Shown here piece after piece: positions 13,848 to 22,943 of a stretch of 32,000 nucleotides of DNA (position 1 is its first letter; each line of letters opens with the position of its first letter). This DNA is from Edaphobacter aggregans. GTDB taxonomy: Bacteria > Acidobacteriota > Terriglobia > Terriglobales > Acidobacteriaceae. Location of the stretch: the NCBI RefSeq assembly GCF_003945235.1, contig NZ_RSDW01000001.1:1950001-1982000 (forward strand). The letters run 5' to 3'. The translations under genes were made by a program, and so were the position numbers. Under the pieces are notes generated by a model, which saw only the letters and a list, made by a program, of their open reading frames with translations, was not told the origin of the DNA and ran no database searches.

Positions 13848-15308
13848 TCAAGCGTTATAAGTCGAAGACGAGACCCGTCCCCCACGCCCAGTCCAGTTCG
13901 TGTGGAAGAACTCACCCCGAGGCTTGTCCACGCGCTCGTAAGTATGCGCGCCGAAGAAGTCCCGCTGCGCCTGTAGCAGATTCGCCGGCAACCGCTCCGT
14001 CCTGTATCCATCATAGAAAGCCAGCGCAGTAGAAAACGCAGGCATAGGCACGCCAATCTCAATTGCATGAATGACAGCCTTGCGCCACGACCACCCATAC
14101 TTATTCAACGCACTCGAGAAGAAGTCATCCAACAGCAAATTCTGCAGCTTCGGATTCTTATCGAACGCCGCCTTGATATTCCCCAGGAACACGCTGCGAA
14201 TAATGCAGCCGCCACGCCACATCAGCGCGATGCCGCCCATATTCAACTCCCAGTTCTGCTCCTTCTCCACGGCGCGCAGCAACATGTATCCCTGCGCGTA
14301 GCTCACCATCTTCGAGCAATACAACGCCCGCCGAACGTCCTCGATAAACTCCCTCTTCTCCGAAATCGTCAGCGCCTTCTTCGGCCCCTCTAGCACCTTC
14401 GAAGCAGCAACGCGCTCATCCTTCAACGCCGACAGGCACCGCGCAAACACACTCTCGCCAATCAGCGTCACAGGCTGTCCCAGATCAAGCGCCGAAATCG
14501 CGGTCCACTTGCCCGTTCCCTTCTGTCCAGCCGTATCCAGAATCTTGTCGATCATCGGCTGACCATCGTCGTCCTTCTTGGCAAAGATCTCCGCCGTAAT
14601 CTCGATCAGATAGCTATCCAGTTCGCCCTTATTCCACTCCGCAAACATCTCGGCGAACTCGTCGGCGCTCAGCCCCAACCCATCCTTCAGCAACTGATAG
14701 GCCTCACAGATCAGCTGAATATCGCCATACTCAATACCATTGTGAACCATCTTCACGTAGTGGCCCGCACCATCCTCACCCACCCAGTCGCAGCAAGGCG
14801 TGCCATCTTCAACCTTCGCCGCGATCGCTTGAAAGATCTCCTTCACATGCGGCCACGCAGCAGGATTCCCACCCGGCATAATCGAAGGACCAAACCGCGC
14901 GCCCTCTTCGCCACCTGAAACACCCGTGCCAATAAACAGAATTCCCTTCTCCGCCAACTCCTTCGTCCGACGATTCGTATCGGTAAACAGCGAGTTCCCA
15001 CCATCAATCAGGATGTCGCCCTTCTCGAGATACGGCAGCACATGCTCAATCGTCTGATCGACCACATCGCCCGCCTTCACCATCAGCATCACGCGCCGCG
15101 GAGACTTCAGCAATCCGCAAAGCTCCTCAGCCGAGTGCGCGCCAACCACCTGCGTCCCTTTAGCCTCATTGTTGATAAACTCATCGACCTTCGCAACCGT
15201 CCGGTTGAACACCGCCACCTTGTATCCATGGTCGTTCATGTTCAAGACCAGGTTCTGCCCCATCACGGCCAATCCAATCAATCCAATATCGCAAGTTGCT
15301 TCAGCCAT
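13848..15308 (-). CDS. gnd: NADP-dependent decarboxylating 6-phosphogluconate dehydrogenase, 486 aa
   Basis: The product is MAEATCDIGLIGLAVMGQNLVLNMNDHGYKVAVFNRT..., with GNSLFTDT, GTGVSGGEEGARFGPSIMPGG, KMVHNGIEYGDIQLI and RDFFGAHTYERVD. The start is set to ATG 15308 (GGAGA 7 nt upstream), which removes 12 spurious track codons. Confidence 0.95.
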   Translation of the reverse strand: MAEATCDIGLIGLAVMGQNLVLNMNDHGYKVAVFNRTVAKVDEFINNEAKGTQVVGAHSAEELCGLLKSPRRVMLMVKAGDVVDQTIEHVLPYLEKGDILIDGGNSLFTDTNRRTKELAEKGILFIGTGVSGGEEGARFGPSIMPGGNPAAWPHVKEIFQAIAAKVEDGTPCCDWVGEDGAGHYVKMVHNGIEYGDIQLICEAYQLLKDGLGLSADEFAEMFAEWNKGELDSYLIEITAEIFAKKDDDGQPMIDKILDTAGQKGTGKWTAISALDLGQPVTLIGESVFARCLSALKDERVAASKVLEGPKKALTISEKREFIEDVRRALYCSKMVSYAQGYMLLRAVEKEQNWELNMGGIALMWRGGCIIRSVFLGNIKAAFDKNPKLQNLLLDDFFSSALNKYGWSWRKAVIHAIEIGVPMPAFSTALAFYDGYRTERLPANLLQAQRDFFGAHTYERVDKPRGEFFHTNWTGRGGRVSSSTYNA

Positions 15309-15461
15309 CTCAAATCTCCAGACGCGTCCTTCAAGAGCACGCAAAAATATGCATCGCTCGCAGCCGATTCATCACAGAAAAAAAGTGGTCAAACCACGAG
15401 AGATTTTTCTATCACACCAGAGGAACGTTAAGATAGGTAGTTACCCCGCCAACATCCCGTG

Positions 15462-15503
15462 AAAAAATAAACAGGCACCGCGCATACAGCCACGATGCCT
15501 GTT
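15462..15503 (-). terminator. Candidate terminator after the TonB-dependent receptor gene
   Basis: AACAGGCA (15470-15477) pairs with TGCCTGTT (15496-15503) across an 18-nt loop. On the minus strand it is followed by TATTTTTTC. The long loop lowers confidence. Confidence 0.45.
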
Positions 15504-15522
15504 TTCCTTCCTTAACAATCAG

Positions 15523-18500
15523 CTAGAAGGTAAGTCGTCCACCCAACTGGACCAACCGTGGGAAGCCCAGCGTACCGGTGATCTTTCCGGCAGTCGAGCT
15601 ATCCGCGGCTAGATTTGGACCATTGAACTGCGGCGTGTTGAAGGCATTCAAAGCCTCCGCGCGGAACTCAGCATTGACCCGCTCGGTGACATGGAAGCTC
15701 TTGTTGAGCGACAGGTCGAAGTTCGCATACCCCGGCCCATAGCAATTCAAAGTACGTGGTGAATTGCCGTAGCTTCCCGCCGGCGTCGTACTAAAGGCTG
15801 CCGGATTGAAGTAAGCATTCAAACGGTCTTGCGGGCGTCCCGAATAGCAGGGGTTAACTCCGGGCACCAGCGAAGGACGCGTACCCAGGTTGCCGAATGC
15901 AGAGTTGGAGTTAGTCGTTTGCGAGATCGGCAAAGGAGCGCCATCCTGAATGATCATGATGTTGTTGAATGTCCATCCTCCAACGGCAAGATCCATCCAA
16001 CGATTGGCTCCACTCAGGAACTGTTTACCGTGACCGAAGGGCAGTTCATACGTCAGCGCCAACGTTGTCCGCTTCGGAATATTGTTGATCGAACGCGCGT
16101 ATTCCGCGTGAATGTTGTTTACGTCCTGAGCGCCATTGTTATTTGAAATCAGCGGATTCAAGGTACTGCTCGCGCCCCACAGATTGTCCCAATTCGAAGC
16201 CCAGGTAAAGGCTCCGAGAACCGTAAGACCATTGGAGAAGAGTTTCTGGACCTTGACGTTCAGCGCGTTGAAGTTTGTGATGCCATCGCTCACCGAATCG
16301 GTGATCGTAGTGAATTGCGGGAAGGGACGCAGCGATTGATTGTACGGCTGATTCGCGCTGCTCCATGCACCCGTGCCGGCAAACTTGAACGGCACTTTGT
16401 TCGTGAGCGCTGCATTCCCTAGCGAGAAATAATTATCCGACAGTTGATTGATGTTCAAGCTGTTCGGCTGATTCCGTCCATGCCCGCCCACATAACCAAT
16501 CTTCAACGCAAAGCCATGAGGCAGCTCTTGTTGAATATCGGCCGAGTAGGACTGATAGAAAGGCGCCTTGCGCGCCTGATCGATCAGCGATAGCGAACTG
16601 CCAATGCTTGTGCTGAGCCCCAGCGTGTTGCCAGTAGGAGTCGTGCTCAAAGTTGGGAAAGGATTCGACAGGTTGATCGCCGGCACCCCGCTCTGCGACG
16701 GAATAACATTGGTCAATACATAGCCTGGCGCAAGTGATGCTGATCCACTGTAAACAAGCGGTTGGTAAAAGAGACCGTAGCCGCCGCGAACCACAGTCTG
16801 CGGCGTAATGGCATACGCGAATCCTGCACGTGGCGAAATCTTGTTTACAGTCTGTCCGGTCGCTGTCGGATAGCTGCCCTGGCCGGCAAACTCGATACCG
16901 CCTACAGCTTGGACAGTCGATCCAGCCACGGTGAAGGGCGTCGTACGGTCGAAGCCGACAGAGTAGCGATTGTGACGCTCATTCACACCGGGCTCGTGCT
17001 CATACCTGAGACCCAGATTCAGCGTCAGCTTCGGCGTCACACGCACATCATCCTGCCCATAGATCGCGTTGTATTGGGATGTAATCGCCAGCTGCGTGGG
17101 CACAACCAACGATCCTGATGTCGGGTACCCGAGCAACATATCGGCCGCCGTAGCCCCTGAGCTTCCCGACGTGCTCGAAACCCCCGAGTTCGTCAGCGTA
17201 CTGTCAAAGGCAAAGGTGCCGCTCGTGTTGCTCAAGCTGGTATACGTCAAGCTGATCGCACGAAAGACATATCCCGCCTTCAGACTATGTCTGCCCATGC
17301 TCTTTGCTATACCGGTAACAAAGTTCCGCGAAAAATAGACCGCGGGTCCGGAGTTGGATGTGCCCTGACTGGCCAGACCTGCATCGCCCGTGATCGCGGG
17401 AAAACCTGTCTTCGAAAGTGCTGCGAGATAGTTCGCCGGAAAACCAAGCGCTGCCTGGTTGAAACCTACGCTGATGTCCTTTGTGTCGTTCGGAAAACGA
17501 TTGAAACCAAAGCCGGCCGTCAAAATGGTTGTCGGATTCAGCGTAATCGTATTTTGTATACCGATAGCATCTACTTTCCGGTACAGCAGATACGACGAAG
17601 AGCTACCAGCAAAATTCTGCAAAGCGTTTCCGCCCGGTTCCTTCGAGCCATAGTGCATGTAGTAGAAATCTGCCAGCCAGCGTTCACCAAAAGAGTGAGT
17701 TACTTTTCCGACGAACTCGTCTGCGCGATCACCCAGCGTATCGCCGCCGTTGAAGTTGAAGCCGCCATAGGAGGTCACATTGGTATTTGGCTGTGGATAC
17801 ACCGCAAGAATCGCATATCCAACCGGGTTGATTCTGTTCGAAGGAATTTTGTTGAAGGGGAACGCCTGGCGTGTCGGGCTAAGCGGATCGTAAATGCACC
17901 GTCCGCTGATGCAGTTTCCGTTCGCGTCCGCTTGTCCAATCTCAGAGAAATCGCCCGCGTTCGCAATCGAAGTGCCGCGCTGCAGCAGCGTTGGCACAAC
18001 AAACGAATTCGCTGCCGTCAAAGGCGACCGCTGGCGATATCCCTCTCCCGTTATCCAGAAGAATGTTTTGTCCTTGCCGCCCAGAATCTTCGGCAGCGGT
18101 ATTGGGCCGCCGATCGATCCCGCGTAGGTATAGAACTCTGCCGCCCCGCGCGGTGTCGTCGGCTGAGTAACTCCGTTCGATGTATATGGCGTCCGATTGT
18201 TGAAGAATAGATTGGCACCCCAGTTTGTCTGCCGCGTCTGCCCCTGCAGCACCCCATGCAACGCGCTGGACCCCGAACGCAACGTCGTGTTGAACATGCC
18301 GCCGCTCGTGCGCCCAATCTCCGCGTCATAGGTATTTGCCTGCACCTTGACCTCTTGCACCGATTCGATCGACGGAATGATCACCGCTCGATTGCTGAAG
18401 TCCGTAATCGGAATGCCATCCACCGCATAGTTATTCGAGCTCAGTGGTGCGCCCGCAATCGAAATCGTTGATGATCCGCTCTGATCCTGGAAACGAACGA

Positions 18501-19023
18501 AACGCGGATCACCCACCGCTGTCACATTGTTATCCAGCTTCGAAAACAGAAATGGATTACGTCCTGGATTCGGCAGATTCTGCAGCTTCTGCGAGTCAAT
18601 CAATTGTCCATTGAAGGAAGTCCCGTTATTCACAATCGGCTCGGCCGCTGTTACTTCCACACTCTGGCTCATCGAACCGAGCTCTAGCCTGACATCCAAG
18701 GGGATCGTATTTCCCGCATCCACCCGGATGCCCTTGGACTCTGATTTCTTAAACCCATCGGTCGTCACCGTGACCGTGTAAACCCCCGGCGCAACTGCGC
18801 TGAACACATACTCGCCTGCGCCATTGCTCGTCGTAGTGCGGATGATCTTCGTATCTTCCGCTGTCAGCGAGATCGTCGCATTGGTTACGCTCGCACCCTG
18901 AACATCGGTGACCATGCCGCGCAAGGCTCCATAGTTCGATTGCGCTAATGCACTCGTAGCTGCCGTCACCACCATTGCAACCAGTACGAGAACGCCATAC
19001 AACTTCTTATTCAAGAAATGCAT
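15523..19023 (-). CDS. TonB-dependent outer-membrane receptor with an N-terminal carboxypeptidase-regulatory-like domain, 1166 aa
   Basis: The start is ATG 19023 (GGAGG 7 nt upstream), giving the signal peptide MHFLNKKLYGVLVLVAMVVTAATSALAQ. The CarboxypepD_reg-like block is GMVTDVQGASVTNATISLTAEDT..GEYVFSAVAPGVYTVTVTTDGFKK. Plug-like and long beta-barrel regions follow, and the C-terminus ..RLVQLGGRLTF ends in the usual terminal Phe. The 36 upstream track codons were dropped. Confidence 0.9.
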   Translation of the reverse strand: MHFLNKKLYGVLVLVAMVVTAATSALAQSNYGALRGMVTDVQGASVTNATISLTAEDTKIIRTTTSNGAGEYVFSAVAPGVYTVTVTTDGFKKSESKGIRVDAGNTIPLDVRLELGSMSQSVEVTAAEPIVNNGTSFNGQLIDSQKLQNLPNPGRNPFLFSKLDNNVTAVGDPRFVRFQDQSGSSTISIAGAPLSSNNYAVDGIPITDFSNRAVIIPSIESVQEVKVQANTYDAEIGRTSGGMFNTTLRSGSSALHGVLQGQTRQTNWGANLFFNNRTPYTSNGVTQPTTPRGAAEFYTYAGSIGGPIPLPKILGGKDKTFFWITGEGYRQRSPLTAANSFVVPTLLQRGTSIANAGDFSEIGQADANGNCISGRCIYDPLSPTRQAFPFNKIPSNRINPVGYAILAVYPQPNTNVTSYGGFNFNGGDTLGDRADEFVGKVTHSFGERWLADFYYMHYGSKEPGGNALQNFAGSSSSYLLYRKVDAIGIQNTITLNPTTILTAGFGFNRFPNDTKDISVGFNQAALGFPANYLAALSKTGFPAITGDAGLASQGTSNSGPAVYFSRNFVTGIAKSMGRHSLKAGYVFRAISLTYTSLSNTSGTFAFDSTLTNSGVSSTSGSSGATAADMLLGYPTSGSLVVPTQLAITSQYNAIYGQDDVRVTPKLTLNLGLRYEHEPGVNERHNRYSVGFDRTTPFTVAGSTVQAVGGIEFAGQGSYPTATGQTVNKISPRAGFAYAITPQTVVRGGYGLFYQPLVYSGSASLAPGYVLTNVIPSQSGVPAINLSNPFPTLSTTPTGNTLGLSTSIGSSLSLIDQARKAPFYQSYSADIQQELPHGFALKIGYVGGHGRNQPNSLNINQLSDNYFSLGNAALTNKVPFKFAGTGAWSSANQPYNQSLRPFPQFTTITDSVSDGITNFNALNVKVQKLFSNGLTVLGAFTWASNWDNLWGASSTLNPLISNNNGAQDVNNIHAEYARSINNIPKRTTLALTYELPFGHGKQFLSGANRWMDLAVGGWTFNNIMIIQDGAPLPISQTTNSNSAFGNLGTRPSLVPGVNPCYSGRPQDRLNAYFNPAAFSTTPAGSYGNSPRTLNCYGPGYANFDLSLNKSFHVTERVNAEFRAEALNAFNTPQFNGPNLAADSSTAGKITGTLGFPRLVQLGGRLTF

Positions 19024-19773
19024 AATGCAGCCTCCAACGGTATGTAGTAGGTGCTTCCTACTCAAGAGACACCTATAGGTAGCAGCCTGGGTCACAGGCT
19101 CGCGGGTGTAAGTAAAATTGCCTAAATACAAGACAGAATGCGACTAAGTCGTAGATACACTTCAGCTAGGTCGCTGAAAGTAACGTCCTTACCGATCGGC
19201 AGATACACCTCACCGTCGGCCTTTTCAGACTCATTCAATTTCTTTCAAACTAACAAAGACATTTGGTCTACAGCTGCTGAATCTCTGCGATCTGCTCTCC
19301 GGCAAAACCAGCCGAAGTCAACGGTCAGGGCGACAAGCAAATTGAACTTACGAGATACCGTGAATACAGATCCGGCGAGTGCCTTCTCTGTCCACCTGCT
19401 TCTGAAACCCGCCAACGGAGGGAGCTAAATACACTTTCGGTTAAGAGGCCCGATAATTCTCTTCAGCCTCACTGACGTGAGAAATAGCTTTTTTGATGAT
19501 GGATCCGAGCCTAGCCGAGTGTAAAGATCGTGTCAATAGAAATCTGCAAGATTATTTCGCTCAATCGCTTAATAACCGCGCCAATACAAGACTTTCTCTT
19601 AGTCATGATTCAATTTTCTAATCAGTAAATCTCTAAATTTACCCGCCCCTCAACTAGAAATTGAGTTACAGTATCTTCAAGTTCCCCCACAAATATCTTG
19701 TTAACAAAAACTTTAGGCCCACAGCTTTAGTCATAACTCAATCTATCCGCCTCTTACTCGAAGGAGCTCCTCC

Positions 19774-20994
19774 ATGCATTTGCCGAAGACATCATCGTCC
19801 GTCTCTCGCCGTTCCTTCATGCGACTGGCAGGCGTCGCCGCATCCATGCCGATCCTCACGGAAGCCCACTTCGCCTGGGCCGCGCAGCAGGCCCCCGGAG
19901 CAGCAGCCGCAGCGCCTGCTCGCCGCGTGCGACAAGCCATGCCCGCAGACGCCGTACTCATCAACGCCAACGAGAATCCCCTCGGCCCATGTAAAGCGGC
20001 CTGCGAAGCCATCGCATCCATCGCACCCAAAGGCGGCCGCTACGACATTGACGGCGAGACCGACAAACTAATCAAGACCTTCGCCTCACAAAACGGCCTC
20101 AAAGAAAACTACATCGCCGTATACGCCGGTTCTTCCGAACCACTTCACTACTCAGTCCTCGCCTTCACCTCTCCCACCAAAGGCTTCGTCACTGCCGATC
20201 CCTCTTACGAAGCAGGCATGCGCGCCGCACAGGTCGCCAAAGCAAAAATCTCCAAGGTCCCTCTCAAGCCCGACTACTCGCACGACGTCAAGGCCATGAT
20301 CGCCGCTGATCCCAACGCCGGCGTCTTCTACATCTGCAACCCCAACAATCCCACCGGCACCATCACCTCCAAAGCCGACATCCTCTGGGCGCTCGAGAAC
20401 AAGCCCAAGGGCTCCATCCTCCTCGTCGACGAGGCCTACATCCATCTCTCCGACGCCGAAAACGTAGTCGACCAGGTAGCAGCCGACAAGGACATCATCA
20501 TCCTTCGCACCTTCTCGAAGATCTACGGCATGGCCGGCATTCGTTGCGGCTTCGCGCTCGGCCGCCCCGATCTTCTCGCCAAGCTCCAGCCCTTCGGCCA
20601 GAACGCGATGCCGATCACCGGCTCTGCCGCCGCCAACGTCAGCCTCCTCGATACCGATCTCGTGCCCACGCGCAAAAAAATCATCGCCGACACGCGCAAC
20701 GACACCTTCGCCTTCCTCAAGGCAAACAACTACAAGTTCATCCCATCGCAATCCAACTGCTTCATGATCGACACCGGTCGCAACGGCCAGCAGGTCATCG
20801 CAGCCATGCGCGCCAAGAACGTCTACATCGGTCGCACCTGGCCCATCTGGCCTAACACCGTCCGCGTCAGCGTCGGCACACCCGCCGAGATGGCGAAGTT
20901 CAAAGTAGCCTTCAAAGAGGTCATGGACTCTGCTCCCACGGCAGCCTCGTTGCACGACCCCTTCGCCGACATCACCTTCCCTCAACTCTCCTAG
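19774..20994 (+). CDS. Class I/II PLP-dependent aminotransferase of the histidinol-phosphate aminotransferase (HisC-like) family with an N-terminal twin-arginine (Tat) signal, 406 aa
   Basis: AAGGAG lies 7 nt upstream. The signal is MHLPKTSSSVSRRSFMRLAGVAASMPILTEAHFAWA|AQ (SRRxFxRL, hydrophobic core, AxA). The mature part has INANENPLGP, YAGSSEPL, NPNNPTG, LLVDEAYIHL and RTFSKIYGMAGIRCGF (the Lys of SK is the PLP lysine). Confidence 0.85.
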   Translation: MHLPKTSSSVSRRSFMRLAGVAASMPILTEAHFAWAAQQAPGAAAAAPARRVRQAMPADAVLINANENPLGPCKAACEAIASIAPKGGRYDIDGETDKLIKTFASQNGLKENYIAVYAGSSEPLHYSVLAFTSPTKGFVTADPSYEAGMRAAQVAKAKISKVPLKPDYSHDVKAMIAADPNAGVFYICNPNNPTGTITSKADILWALENKPKGSILLVDEAYIHLSDAENVVDQVAADKDIIILRTFSKIYGMAGIRCGFALGRPDLLAKLQPFGQNAMPITGSAAANVSLLDTDLVPTRKKIIADTRNDTFAFLKANNYKFIPSQSNCFMIDTGRNGQQVIAAMRAKNVYIGRTWPIWPNTVRVSVGTPAEMAKFKVAFKEVMDSAPTAASLHDPFADITFPQLS

Positions 20995-21015
20995 GTAAGC
21001 AACCCATAAAACAAC

Positions 21016-21050
21016 AGACCCCGGACAAGTACCGGGGTCTTTCTCTTTCC
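21016..21050 (+). terminator. Intrinsic terminator after the aminotransferase gene
   Basis: AGACCCCGG-ACAAGTA-CCGGGGTCT (a perfect 9-bp stem) is followed by TTCTCTTTCC. Confidence 0.7.
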
Positions 21051-21104
21051 TATACCTTTATCCTGGTAGCCAGTCCTGCACTCTCAACACAGAAAGGCCT
21101 CTGC

Positions 21105-22361
21105 TTGCCCATCTCTCATCGCACCTTCGCACTTGCCGCCATTGCCTCACTCGCTCTTCCCCTCGCGTCCCAGCAGCCTCACAAAGTCACGCAGGAAGAG
21201 GTTGACCGCATCACCCGCGACGCCATCCTCATCGACACCCACAACGACGTCACCTCCCGCACCGTCGCCGGCTACGACATCGCCACTCCCAACAAATCCG
21301 GCGAGACCGATCTCCCGCGCATGAAAGGCTACCTCGGCGCCGAGTTCTTCGCCGTCTACGTCGGAGCTGAATACGTCAAGGACAATCACTCCGCCAACCG
21401 CACTCTCCAGATGATCGACACCGTCCGCACCGATATCATCGCCGCTCACCCCAACGACTTCGTCTTCGCCACCACCGCCGACGACATCGTCCGCGCCCAC
21501 AACGAACACAAGATCGCCGCCCTCATGGGCATCGAAGGCGGCCACGCCATCGAAGATTCCCTCCGCCTCCTCCGCGACTACTACGCCCTCGGCGTCCGCT
21601 ACATGACTCTCACCCACTTCAACACCAACAACTGGGCCGACTCGCAAGGCGACATCGACAACCCGAAGATCGCCCACCACAACGGCCTCACGCCATTCGG
21701 CAAAGACGTCGTCCGCGAGATGAACCGACTCGGCATGATGGTCGACATCTCCCACACCGCCGACCCAACCTTCTACGCCGCGCTCGAGACCAGCACCGCA
21801 CCCATCATTGCCTCGCACTCCGGCTGCCGCGCCGTCTCCAGCTACACCCGCAACATGACCGACGATATGATCAAAGCCCTCGCCGCAAAAGGCGGAGTAG
21901 TCCAGATCAACTTCGGTTGCGACTTCCTCTCCCAGCGCTACTTCGACGACGCCAAGCCCCTTGAAGCCTCCATGCGCGAACAATACATGGCCGCAATGAA
22001 GATCGAAGACCCCGCTGCAAAGAATGCCGCCATTGAAAAGCTCCGTGCGGACTTCACCGCCAAGCTCCCGCCCGCGACTCTCGCCGACGTAGTAGCCCAG
22101 ATCGACCACGCTGTAAAAGTAGGTGGCATCGACCACGTAGGTATCGGCACCGACTTTGACGGAGTAGGCTGCGTCCCACCCGACCTCAACTCCTACAACA
22201 AATTCCCCGCCCTAATCCGCGCACTACTCGAAAAAGGCTACACCGCCGAAGACATCAAAAAAATCTACGGAGGCAATCTTCTCCGCGTCATGCGAGCCGT
22301 AGAACAACGCGCCCGCGAACTCCAATCAACTCCAGCACTCCACACCGAAATAACAAAGTAA
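21105..22361 (+). CDS. Membrane-dipeptidase family (peptidase M19) zinc dipeptidase with a Sec-type signal peptide, 418 aa
   Basis: The signal is MPISHRTFALAAIASLALPLASQQ. Its start codon is TTG at 21105 and there is no in-frame ATG in the signal region, so the exact start is uncertain. M19 blocks are LIDTHNDVTSR, DLPRMKGYLGAEFFAVYV, GIEGGHAIEDSLRLLRDYYALGVRYMTLTH, MMVDISHTAD, IASHSG, VVQINF and HVGIGTDFDG. Confidence 0.85.
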   Translation: MPISHRTFALAAIASLALPLASQQPHKVTQEEVDRITRDAILIDTHNDVTSRTVAGYDIATPNKSGETDLPRMKGYLGAEFFAVYVGAEYVKDNHSANRTLQMIDTVRTDIIAAHPNDFVFATTADDIVRAHNEHKIAALMGIEGGHAIEDSLRLLRDYYALGVRYMTLTHFNTNNWADSQGDIDNPKIAHHNGLTPFGKDVVREMNRLGMMVDISHTADPTFYAALETSTAPIIASHSGCRAVSSYTRNMTDDMIKALAAKGGVVQINFGCDFLSQRYFDDAKPLEASMREQYMAAMKIEDPAAKNAAIEKLRADFTAKLPPATLADVVAQIDHAVKVGGIDHVGIGTDFDGVGCVPPDLNSYNKFPALIRALLEKGYTAEDIKKIYGGNLLRVMRAVEQRARELQSTPALHTEITK

Positions 22362-22373
22362 GAACGGCAAAAA

Positions 22374-22401
22374 CTAAGGGGACCGATTAAGGTCCCCTTA
22401 G
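22374..22401. terminator. Hairpin terminator between the convergent dipeptidase and RidA genes
   Basis: The perfect 11-bp stem is CTAAGGGGACC-GATTAA-GGTCCCCTTAG. AAAAA on its left gives a T-tract for the minus-strand (RidA) transcript. The plus-side tail is weak. Confidence 0.65.
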
Positions 22402-22422
22402 TCAAATCTGAACTACCCCAAC

Positions 22423-22908
22423 TTACTTACTCTTCACCGCAATCACTTCAACTTCAAGCAGCGCCCATGGAGCAGCAAGCGCAGCAACCTGAAACGCCGA
22501 GCGCGCAGGCTTATTCGGCTGATCCTTCGTTCCGAAGAACTTCACATACTCCGACTGCATCCCCGCAAAGTCCAGCTTGCCTGTCTTCGGATCAGGCCCC
22601 AGGAACACGGTCATCTTCACCACATTGTTCATATCCAGACCCTGCTCCTTCAGCGCAGCCTGAATCTTCGCGAACACACTCGCAGCCTGAGCCTTCGTGT
22701 CACCATAATCCGCCTGTGTTCCCTTCGCTGGGTCAGCCGGAGTAACTGGCGAAGCCAATTGTCCGCTCAGGTAAAACGTATCGCCCGCCCAAACACCCTT
22801 TGCAATCGGGCTCTTGTCATCCTGAATATGCTTCACCACAACCTGAGCCTGAACCGCACATGCAGAGGCAACCATCACCGCCGCCATCAAGACATTCTTT
22901 AGCTTCAT
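22423..22908 (-). CDS. RidA/YjgF/TdcF-family reactive-intermediate (imine) deaminase with a Sec signal peptide, 161 aa
   Basis: I prefer ATG 22908 (GGAG 6 nt upstream) over 22926. The signal is MKLKNVLMAAVMVASACAVQA|Q. The RidA-type core has DTFYLSGQLA, KAQAASVFAKIQAALKEQGLDMNNVVKMTVFL, PARSAFQVAAL and LLEVEVIAV. Confidence 0.85.
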   Translation of the reverse strand: MKLKNVLMAAVMVASACAVQAQVVVKHIQDDKSPIAKGVWAGDTFYLSGQLASPVTPADPAKGTQADYGDTKAQAASVFAKIQAALKEQGLDMNNVVKMTVFLGPDPKTGKLDFAGMQSEYVKFFGTKDQPNKPARSAFQVAALAAPWALLEVEVIAVKSK

Positions 22909-22943
22909 CACACGCTCCAGTTTCATAGTTAGATAAAAAGGAA

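Noticed and set aside
17287-18210. The 307-aa plus-strand ORF, and several smaller ones, inside the TonB-dependent receptor gene
   Set aside because: They are antisense or off-frame to a 1166-aa receptor with clear domain signatures. Their products are Arg/Cys-rich with no motifs.
15523-19773. Apparent lower GC of the TonB-dependent receptor gene and its upstream region, considered as evidence of horizontal transfer
   Set aside because: This rests on a visual impression only. Large outer-membrane beta-barrel genes and promoter regions often deviate in composition. Without a computed genome baseline I do not claim an island here.
20152-22189. Long minus-strand ORFs 20152..20985 (277 aa) and 21147..22136 (329 aa), and smaller ones, across the aminotransferase and dipeptidase genes
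   Set aside because: The G/V/D/E-rich translations are the classic antisense image of GC3-rich genes. The plus-strand frames carry the family motifs.
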